Under the pieces are notes generated by a model that worked only from the letters and a program-made list of their open reading frames with translations, searched no databases and had not been told where the DNA came from. The translations under genes were made by a program, and so were the position numbers. A DNA stretch of 63,945 bases, the filler included, from Octopus bimaculoides (Eukaryota), in assembly GCF_001194135.2 (NCBI RefSeq). It is 6 parts of 6 records of this genome, joined end to end, with 100 filler letters (N's around TTAATTAATTAA, not from the genome) between each part and the next. Parts side by side here need not be neighbours in the genome. Positions count along the whole stretch, not along the records: positions 51,315 to 54,671 come from NW_026423471.1; positions 54,772 to 62,663 come from NC_068985.1; positions 62,764 to 63,945 come from NW_026380959.1; 3 more parts are not named here. One strand, given 5' to 3'. Below, in pieces: positions 53,516 through 63,945 of this stretch (position 1 is its first letter; every line of letters starts with the position of its first letter).

Positions 53516-53966
53516 NNNNNNNNNNNNNNNNNNNNNNNNNNNNNNNNNNNNNNNNNNNNNNNNNNNNNNNNNNNNNNNNNNNNNNNNNNNNNNNNNNNNN
53601 NNNNNNNNNNNNNNNNNNNNNNNNNNNNNNNNNNNNNNNNNNNNNNNNNNNNNNNNNNNNNNNNNNNNNNNNNNNNNNNNNNNNNNNNNNNNNNNNNNNN
53701 NNNNNNNNNNNNNNNNNNNNNNNNNNNNNNNNNNNNNNNNNNNNNNNNNNNNNNNNNNNNNNNNNNNNNNNNNNNNNNNNNNNNNNNNNNNNNNNNNNNN
53801 NNNNNNNNNNNNNNNNNNNNNNNNNNNNNNNNNNNNNNNNNNNNNNNNNNNNNNNNNNNNNNNNNNNNNNNNNNNNNNNNNNNNNNNNNNNNNNNNNNNN
53901 NNNNNNNNNNNNNNNNNNNNNNNNNNNNNNNNNNNNNNNNNNNNNNNNNNNNNNNNNNNNNNNNNN

Positions 53967-54016
<50 letters not shown>

Positions 54017-54621
54017 TAGGTATATATATTCATAGGTATATGTATGTGTATATATATATATATCTATATATATATATACATGCAAATATATATATATATA
54101 TACATTCATGCATATGTAATATTTCTACACAACGTTGGTACACATCCACACACACATACACATGCATACATACATACATACATACATACATGCATACATA
54201 CGTACGTACATACATACTTACACTTATACATATATATATTTCCACATACATATCTCGTAGGCCCCGAGGCACTTTACAAGACTCCCCTTTCTGTCTTTCT
54301 GTCTGTGAATGACGTGCAGTCGTCACTCAAGAACAGGTGCAGCCTCGGCTATTGTCTTCCAGCCGCCGCTCCTTTTTATAGAAGATTTCGACACACAACT
54401 TGTGTTAAAGTCGGTCTTGTTGACACTCAAGCAGCTATGAAATCATTAAAGACAATCAACCAATTGTTTCTTCAATCACTCATCGTGAATGCTATTCAAA
54501 AACTCTATTGTTCTCCCTTTCTTGTCTCATCTTCGTCTTCCTCTTTCTTGATCTTCTCTCCTCTTTATTCCCTCTTTTCATTCGTTCTTCACTATCTCAG
54601 CTCCCCCTCCTACTCTCTCTA

Positions 54622-54671
<50 letters not shown>

Positions 54672-55704
54672 NNNNNNNNNNNNNNNNNNNNNNNNNNNNN
54701 NNNNNNNNNNNNNNNTTAATTAATTAANNNNNNNNNNNNNNNNNNNNNNNNNNNNNNNNNNNNNNNNNNNNATATATACATATATGCATACATACATATA
54801 TACACATATAAGCATACATGTGATATATGATATTTATACATTTATATATAAACATATCTAGCGTATAATAAACATTTTCGACATATATTTGAAGATGAAA
54901 AGACAGAGAACAGCGTATTTGAGTTACATGTGAAATATTAGATAAATAGAACAAAGTATTGAAACTTCTCGCTTACCGAGAAATACCATTTTGTTTTAAC
55001 CATCAAAGGAACACGTACACCGTCACTCGACCTCGGAGCAACAGCAGTCTTAAATCACATCCTACTGCTTGCGGGCCGAGATTCTATGTTCTTGAAAAAT
55101 AGGGGTTGATCACGGTTTGAAAACTCTTTACCCATCGATCAATCTTTACTTATCGGTCAAAAAATTAACGCTAACCTTCACTGAAACTAAACAATAACAA
55201 CAAGTTTTATTGCCACTTTTCTTCAGTCTTAATCATACGAAATGAAAATGTTTCAATCTGCCGATACCAGTTCAATTTCCTTCTCATGAATTTCAAGACA
55301 CACCTTCCTAATGCTTTTGCATAAAACCCATTATTGGCGAGAGAACAGTAATCACCATATAAACAGTTCATAATTTCTTCTCAATACACTAATATTTTGA
55401 GTCTACCATGAGAATAGGCCGATTGAACGAAACCTTAATTTAAGTTCAATGAAATTATGTTTAATATACATGTAAAATATAATAGATACTGCACACATCT
55501 AATAAAAGTGTGTGTTGGTCACTGCTATCTTCAGAACGATAAAATAAAGTTTTCTTTCAGGGATTTGTTTTTTTGGAGTGCAGAGCTTAATAGTGTGATA
55601 CTTTCGCGTTGGCTACCCTTTCAATTTATTTTATTTCAACAATCTTTCATTCTGATTCTAGAAATATGCTAAATGAAAATCGTTACAAATAGTAAACATT
55701 CTTT

Positions 55705-55920
55705 TCTATTCTGAGCACAAGGCCCAACATTTTGGGGGAGGGGGCCAGTCGATTAGATCGACCCAGTACGCAACTGGTACTTTTTTTATCGACCCTGAAA
55801 AGATGAAAGGAAAAGTCGATCTCGGCGGAATTTGAACTCAGAACATGAAGACAGACGAAATGCCGGTAAGCATTTCGCCGGTAAGCATTTCGCTAACGTT
55901 TCTGCCAGTTCGCCACCTTG
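55705..55920 (-). mobile_element. SINE family A, near full length
   Basis: From gcacaaggcccaacattttgggggagggggccagtcg to ctgccagttcgccacct; contains an internal 16-bp tandem duplication gccggtaagcatttc(g). Confidence 0.85.
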
Positions 55921-57005
55921 CTAATAGTAAACACTAAAAAAAACTCAAGCATGGTAAATGGCAATTGACGTTAAGGACATCTAAAAGCAAACGACACAGT
56001 TTAAACCCTTCGGCCAATAGCAGATGTTTCCTCACAGCTTGCTGATGGGAACGGTCGATTGAACAAAACCTTGATTGGGATAGGTTCTCTTGATCTATTT
56101 GTGTATGACACACACACATGTATACACACAAACGCGAGCGCGTATGTGTATATACGTATACAAATCCATATAGCTGGTAGTATGTTTTGTAATTCTACGA
56201 ACAAAGTAAAAATAGAAATCAATATATAGGTAGAACAAATACTTAATATGTAGGGTTATAGTTCCAACATGCAGGATTCGGTAATTCACAGTTTCCTATT
56301 ATTATTGGATATTCTTCAAACTGTGCTAGCTGATACAACAACTATCTTTTATTAGTGGGCAACATCTGCAGAATATCTAAGAATAAAAACGGGAAAACCC
56401 TGAAAAACAGAAGTTGCGGTTATTACCCTGTACACAGGCGTCACAGAAAAGCTGACTCGCACGCAATGCACATACGCAGGCACGCCCCCCCCCTCCTCAC
56501 CCAGATACACGTGATAGGTATAGAGAAGGATCGAAATTTTATTATGACAGGTACTTTCCTCCACGTATTGGAATTCTTGGACCAGAGCTAGGCGATTCGA
56601 ATACCAGGACAAAATCATGCAGAGTAATCTTCTTTGATATATATCTATATATTTGTATGTCTGTGTGTATGTGTGTTTTTGTGTGCGTGTTTGTGTGTGT
56701 TTATGCGTGTGTGTGTGCGTACACGAGTTTGTGTGTATCTGTGTGCATATATACACATATACACATATAATATATATATAGAATAGCAAATATTTTTACA
56801 AATTTCACTACCAGTGGCCTAGCATGTATAAAAAGTCAATAGACGACATATTATTCAATACAAAATAGTGTACATTTAAACACAAAAGAAATTACCTATA
56901 ACAGGCGATTTCTACACGCTAGGAGAGAGTCAAAACGACCGAAAACCACAAAATTTAAGCAATTTCAAAGGGAATGAAAAAATGAAAACTTTTACCTTGT
57001 TTTTA

Positions 57006-57079
57006 CGGTTAGACCTATAGGTTTCGAATTTTTTTTAGTAAATAAAATAATTTACTAGGCAAATTCTCTTCAGTAACCG
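57006..57079 (-). ncRNA. Canonical type I hammerhead ribozyme
   Basis: Reverse complement CGGTTA-CTGAAGA-GAATTT gcc TAGTAAAT tatttt ATTTACTA aaaa AAATTC-GAAA-C CTATAG G-TC^TAACCG. All conserved core nucleotides are present, stems I, II and III pair, and the triplet is GUC. Confidence 0.85.
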
Positions 57080-57793
57080 AGTCATCCAAGATTAACCTAT
57101 AATTATGAGACAAATAGCAGTGTCCCATCGTTATATGTTATAATTTTTAAATGTACACTATTTTATATAGACGTATTTGTATGTATGTNNNNNNNNNNNN
57201 NNNNNNNNNNNNNNNNNNNNNNNNNNNNNNNNNNNNNNNNNNNNNNNNNNNNNNNNNNNNNNNNNNNNNNNNNNNNNNNNNNNNNNNNNNNNNNNNNNNN
57301 NNNNNNNNNNNNNNNNNNNNNNNNNNNNNNNNNNNNNNNNNNNNNNNNNNNNNNNNNNNNNNNNNNNNNNNNNNNNNNNNNNNNNNNNNNNNNNNNNNNN
57401 NNNNNNNNNNNNNNNNNNNNNNNNNNNNNNNNNNNNNNNNNNNNNNNNNNNNNNNNNNNNNNNNNNNNNNNNNNNNNNNNNNNNNNNNNNNNNNNNNNNN
57501 NNNNNNNNNNNNNNNNNNNNNNNNNNNNNNNNNNNNNNNNNNNNNNNNNNNNNNNNNNNNNNNNNNNNNNNNNNNNNNNNNNNNNNNNNNNNNNNNNNNN
57601 NNNNNNNNNNNNNNNNNNNNATGCATACATGCATACATACATACATACATGCATGCATGCATACATACATACATACATATACACATACATACATACAAAC
57701 ACACATACGTACGTACATACATACATACATACATACATACATGCATACATGTATACATACATGCATACATACATACATACATACATACATACA

Positions 57794-57828
<35 letters not shown>

Positions 57829-58299
57829 GCAAACATACACACATTTAACGCCGCCGAATAATGGACAATAAAAAAAATGACCATAAAGCTTCAAGAGCGA
57901 CTGTCATTGAAATAATTTCATCCGAAAGATAACACTTAAGATGTCTCGTAAACTCAATTCGTAATGCGAAATTTATTCGTTGGTTAATAAAAATTACAAT
58001 AATAACTGTCAGTAAAGACGTGTCATCCGGAAGATAACAATAGGACGGGTTTCGAGGCCGGTGTTTCTTGGTCCTCTAGAAATTAATTGTTTGGATAATA
58101 ACCAGACACTAACTACCGTATGTGAAACCCTTTTATTCAGGAGATAAAGCTTGGAAGATATTGAAATGTCATTGAACTTGAGAAATGTATTCTTTTCCAG
58201 ATAAAAAGAGATTATAGAAAAAGTAAGGAAATATGTAACAAAGATCTAAAGAGGAACTGAAGAAAAATATAGCGTCTGAATGTTTAATATTTAAGCTCC

Positions 58300-58555
58300 C
58301 TAAGGTGGCGAGCTGAGAGAATCGTTGGGACACCGGGCAAAATACTTAACAACAGTGTATCGGTCTTTATGTTCTGAGTTCAAATTTCACCGAGGTCGAC
58401 TAAGCACCAGTTAAACATTGCTGGTCGATGCGATCGACTTATCCCGTCACCCAGAATTGCTGGCCCCTGTGCCAAAATTTGAAACCAATATTTACGCTCC
58501 CTGAAGCGGTGACCAGACAGAATCGTTGGTGGCATTTCTTCTGCCTTTACGTTCT
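58300..58555 (+). mobile_element. SINE family A plus a truncated second unit
   Basis: aaggtggcgagctgagagaatcg..gtgccaaaatttgaaaccaatattt, then a second head. Confidence 0.75.
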
Positions 58556-58568
58556 GTGTGTGTATATA

Positions 58569-58935
58569 GAGGCGCAGGCGTGGCTGTGTGGTAAGTAGCT
58601 TCCTTCCCAACCACATGGTTCCTGGTTGAGTTCCACTGCGTGACACCTTGGGCAAGTGCCTTCTACTATAAGGCTGACCATAGCCTTGTGAGAGGATTTG
58701 GTAGACGGAAACTGAAAGAAGCCTGTCGTATATATATATATGTTTGTGTGTCTGTGTTTGTCCGTCCACCATCACTTGACAACTGATGTTGGTGTGTTTA
58801 CGTCCCCGTAACTTAGTGGTTCGGCAAACAGACCGGAGAATAGGTACTAGGCTTACAAAGAATAAGTCCTGGGATCGGTTTGTTCGACTAAAGCAGTGCT
58901 CCAGCATGGCGGCAGTCAAATGATTGAAACAAGTA
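58569..58935 (+). mobile_element. Full-length SINE family B
   Basis: gaggcgcaggcgtggctgtgtggtaag..caccttgggcaagtgcc..microsatellite..gctccagcatggcggcagtcaaatgattgaaacaagtaaaaga. Confidence 0.9.
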
Positions 58936-59449
58936 AAAGAATAATGTACATACCCCTATACATCTACGTACATACGCATACACAATGCAGATACATGAAT
59001 GCACACATATGCATGCGTGTGTTTGGAATGTACATACACGTACCGTACTCTCAAANNNNNNNNNNATATATATATATAAATAAATATATATATATATATA
59101 AAGTGACCGAGAGAAGTACTAGGCTCAGAAAAAATAAGTCCTGGGGTCGATTTCTTTGACTAAAAACCCTTCAAGACAGTGCTCCAGCATGGCGGCAGTC
59201 AAATGATTGAAACAAGTAAAAGAATAATGTACATACCCCTATACATCTACGTACATACGCATACACAATGCAGATACATGAATGCACACATATGCATGCG
59301 TGTGTTTGGAATGTACATACACGTACCGTACTCTCAAAAAGTACACTTCCAGAAGTGGTCGTTAACTGTATCTTTAGTGTTGTGGAAGGGAAGCGGGATG
59401 TAAAGGAAAAGTAGAACAATCTTGTACGAACACACTCGTGTCCGATAGC

Positions 59450-60030
59450 GTAACTTTGATTGGGAAGACACACAAGTTTGAAACACCACGATGTTTCAGA
59501 GTCCTTTAAATCAATGAATATTGTGTGCTATGATCACACACCATCTAAAGGGAGGAGGTATTCTCTGAAGAAGAAAAGCAACAACGATCAGATATTCTTG
59601 CTCGAACCGGCTGGAACTTACTATGAACGAATAGATCCATTATTGTTTGGATTCTCACAGTTCTATGTGTATTTCATAAATTATTATCTATTTAGCACTC
59701 ATTAGCATGCATCAGTAAATAATTGTAAATTGTTTGCTGATTTCTATACAACAGCCTGTACTCTTATTAGACTCATTGGTCCTGCGAAGTAACTTTGATT
59801 GAGAAGACACACACTAAAGTCGAAACACCACAGTATCTCAAATTACCTCACATCGGTGAATCACGTGTGTTACGACCATACACGATCTAAAGAAAGGAGG
59901 CATTCTTCGATGATGAAAAGCAACAACGATCAGATATTCACGTTCGAATCTGCCAGAACGTATTGAGAATGAATAGGAACATTATTGTCTGAATTCTTGC
60001 TGTTCTGTGTGTACCACACGAATTATTCGT
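59450..60030. repeat. Old tandem duplication, two ~240-bp copies, period ~339 bp
   Basis: Copies start at gtaactttgattg (59450 and 59789); roughly 74% identical over ~207 ungapped bp by hand. Confidence 0.8.
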
Positions 60031-61509
60031 CTAGCATGCTTCTTTTGACAAGACTTTTTGATGCCTGGACTGCATCTCCGGTGTAAATCAAGGTGGGATG
60101 TGTACGTGTGCGTGTGTGTATGTGTGTGTGTGCATACGTGCGTGTTATGAGATTATTCCATATTAAAATACTGAAACTAATGACTTGTATACATTTACTA
60201 AATTAATTATCTCTTAAGTGTTTCTATCGATTATTTAACTTCAACGAAGTAGTTTTATAGATTGATAAACTCGTCGCCCATTTTGTTTCAGTTTTGATCT
60301 GATCACATCCGCTTTTATATTTCCGGTTATTTTCTACACTCAACTTCATTTTTCTCCTCTTCGTTGATCTCTTTGGAATCATTTTTTTGCCTTCCGTTAT
60401 TCCTCTCTGCTAAAGTGACGCAGCTGTCAGTGTGTATATCAATGCGAATGATTTATTCATTCGTATACAATAATATTATTTTAAATAAAATTTACAAAAT
60501 CTATATAGATTTCCGGTTAGCTCCGGGTGTTTTCGATCATTTCCGGATGCTTCGGGGCGTAGGTTGATGTATCTCTGTGATGGTGTAACTTCGGTTAGAT
60601 TCACAGGAGTAATTTCCTGTTAGTTTCTTCAGGTGGGCACAAAATATATAATTATTTGCCATTATATACGTTGTTGATCGCACAGGAAAGGAAATACAAA
60701 AATTATAATAATAATAATAATAATAGTAATAATAAATAAATAAATAAAATAAATGAATAGAAATAAAATAAAATAAAATAAACATTCAATGTTCAATCTT
60801 TTCAAAGGGAAGAACAAAATGGCGGTGTTAATATAAAATTGTAATAATCAGAGGTCTTACGTTCAAATCTATTCTCAGCACATCGATGTGTATTTGGTCA
60901 GTAAACTTAACAATGAGTATTTCTTTTTGTTTGTTTTCATTAAGTATCAAGCTTAGATAGAACTGCCACTTGCAATGGACTAAGTTTTAGCAAGAATGGA
61001 CGTGAGAAGATTTAGGTTTCACGCGCATAATATTAGGGCTTCGACAACGCTCCCATGTGGTATCCAAATACAACGGTCCTCTTTAGCATTTTGGATTAAC
61101 TCTAGGATAGCCGTATAGTTGAAAAATTCACTTCGGGATCTCGTGATTCCAAATTCCTTCCTACTGTGTGGTACCTCGAGCAAGTGTCTTTTCTTATAGC
61201 TTCGGGTCGATCTAAGCCTCGAGTGTTTTTGCCTGTTATTGGATGGTGAACTTAATCCATCACCCTATTCAACCAACCCACCTGAACAAAATGCACCATT
61301 AGCAGAGTTTATATTCCGTTGCAAATATAAGGGCCAGTTCTCCGCTTTGTTGATTACTCCAATGTCTTTCTCTCACTAGCATTATTTATTTAGTACTACC
61401 GGTAGAGTAGAATGCAGAAAGCAAAAGTGCCACTCAAGTATTGTGGTCAGTTTAATCAACTATTCGCTCTCACTCAAACTTCTGGCCTTGTGGCTAATAT
61501 AGAAACAAT

Positions 61510-61725
61510 TATCATAACGGTTGATGGATCGGCAGAATCCTAAAAGAGTTGGACAAAACGTCTTGGGGTATTCGTTCTGGTGCTTTCCTTCCAGATTTGA
61601 AAACGTACTGCGGCCAAATTTGTCTTTGATTTTTCCGAGGTCGGTAAAATATAGTACCAGTCAAATACTGCTTTCAAGGTAATCACCTAACTCTGCCTCT
61701 CCTCAAAAACACCAGCCTCGAATTA
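61510..61725 (+). mobile_element. Diverged SINE family A
   Basis: ggcagaatcc..ggtcggtaaaatatagtaccag..ccagcctcgaattagaa. Confidence 0.55.
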
Positions 61726-61766
61726 GAATTTAATGTGTGTGTCTGTGTGTGTGTGTCTGTGTGTGT

Positions 61767-61820
<54 letters not shown>

Positions 61821-63399
61821 NNNNNNNNNNNNNNNNNNNNNNNNNNNNNNNNNNNNNNNNNNNNNNNNNNNNNNNNNNNNNNNNNNNNNNNNNNNNNNNN
61901 NNNNNNNNNNNNNNNNNNNNNNATTATATATATATATGTAGTGCAATGTATGGATTCATAGAATGATAGCTGCGAAACGGCCGTCATCTTAAGGGTATTC
62001 ACTGGTGAAATAAATCTCTCATACTTCCTGACATTTTATGATCTCTCTCTCTACTTCTCCCCCTCTCTCTTTCTTTCAATATATATACTGTATATATATA
62101 TATATATATAATCTACGTATGCATATTTATATATTTATATATCTGTTATATGTAATTGGTGTGTCATAAGACCAGTGATATATTTTTAACCAGTGTGTCA
62201 TGCGCCCATTTAGGGCAGCTTCTTGTTTGGTCATTTCTTGTGTCTTGATGAGTCTATAGTAGTAGGGCGAAAGGTCAGGTAAGAACAGGTTAGGTCAGGT
62301 CAGAGACAAACGTGTTAACACAGATATTAAGCCTTTACCGTCTTCAAGTGAATTAGGTTGACAGTAATGGCGTTTCTAAATGTGCATGCACATAAACGTG
62401 GACACACACACACACACACATATGCATACACACAATGTGAAAGAAGTGTCACTGGTTTGTGATTCGAAGGAAATAGAAAAGAATTTGAAATACAGAGTTT
62501 GCTGATACGTGTATGTGTGTGTATACATCCGCCCGCGCCCGCGCACACACATGCATACGTGCATGAATATGAGTAGACAAATATATGTGTGCATGTATGT
62601 ATGCATGTATGTATGTATGTATGTATGTATGTATATATGTATATATGTATATATATATATATANNNNNNNNNNNNNNNNNNNNNNNNNNNNNNNNNNNNN
62701 NNNNNNNTTAATTAATTAANNNNNNNNNNNNNNNNNNNNNNNNNNNNNNNNNNNNNNNNNNNNTTTTATAGATGGAATTTCAACTTTGCACAGCAAGGTA
62801 ATGAAGCATTTTGGGTAATATTGTATACACACACCTTTTACTTGTTATTTCGGTGTAGTCCCCGGTCATATCCTAATCAAGAAAACATTTGTTCCAGACT
62901 TGACCATCCCCTATTTTGTTAAGAATTTTTACTGATAGAATTTGAACTTTGCATAGCAAAGTAACGAATCATACGTTGATAATATACTATACACACACCT
63001 CTTTCCAGTTATTTCTGTGTAGCCCCTGGTCATATCACGCTGCTTACTCACATCTACGTAAACAGGATCAGAGATAAGATGTTCTTCCAAAGAAATTTGG
63101 TAAATCTAAATGTCGACATTATCTGAGTATAAACTTAAATTGGGTGCAACAGAAATATGAATATCTTATCAATGTACGCCATACATACACAATTTTTCAC
63201 AGCACAATAGATAAGACAAGGTCTAGCTAGCTAATATTAATTCCATAATGAATGATATCAACATTATTTATATCAGTATGACCGCTGCTTATTACAATTT
63301 TCCACTGTATGATGTAATTTTTATTATTGATAATCACACCAAAATTTCCAACAATCCTTTCCATTAAGAAAACAACAGTGTCCAGCAACAATCGGAACA

Positions 63400-63945
63400 A
63401 TCATTACTATACCAATCATAGCAAACTACAACTAAAGCATCTTTAACAGAAAATGTCATCATGATTAGTACCAGCATTAGCCTCAATATTTACAGTAACA
63501 ACGTAGATGATGACAACAACGACAGCAGCAGTTGCAGTAACAGCAACAACATCTCTAAAACATTCATAACAACATGACAACAAAACAAATATGGCTACTA
63601 GCATAATTTACATCAACACCATTAGGTACAACAGCAACAACAAAAACAACAGGAGCAGTAGCAGCAATAGCACCACCACCACCAACAACAACAACAACAA
63701 CAACAATACCACTATCATAACTATCACTGGGAAAACCTACAAAAATTACCAATATAAACAACAACACAATAACAAGAATGACCCTAGCAGCAATAACGTC
63801 AACCACCAACGGCAATACATATAACAGTAAGAACAGCAAGAAGAAGAACGGTAATAAAAAAAATGTCTATATTAACGACAATATCTACAACAAAGCTATA
63901 TACACAACCACAAGCAATATCTAAAACCAACAGCAGCAACATCAA
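63400..63945. repeat. Low-complexity (AAC/AGC)n tract
   Basis: Direct inspection; similar (CAT/CAC/TAG)n tracts at 13740-14170, 25400-25560, 40560-41130, 51316-51774 and 52636-52860. Confidence 0.9.

Overview
Eukaryotic, AT-rich, gap-riddled non-coding DNA (intron or intergenic). The microsatellite load and SINE repertoire point to a cephalopod, most likely an Octopus draft assembly (inference). I cannot support any host protein-coding gene; nearly all tracked ORFs are microsatellite or N-gap artefacts. The recognisable content is transposon debris: several tRNA-derived SINE families (some in head-to-tail arrays), two RTE-clade LINE fragments, two CR1/L2/jockey-group LINE fragments, a Ty3/Gypsy gag-protease remnant, a decayed mariner transposase, mariner-derived and hAT MITEs, and a 188-bp foldback element. 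The most notable signal is a set of type I hammerhead ribozyme motifs of the minimal, palindromic-stem-III kind associated with Penelope-like elements and retrozymes. One copy (57006-57079, minus) is fully canonical and sits inside a ~300-bp unit bounded by perfect 19-bp inverted repeats. Several decayed copies from at least two other sequence families are scattered through the window. Repeat coordinates were read by eye and are approximate (about +/-20 bp) unless stated as exact. SINE family labels A-E are my own working names.
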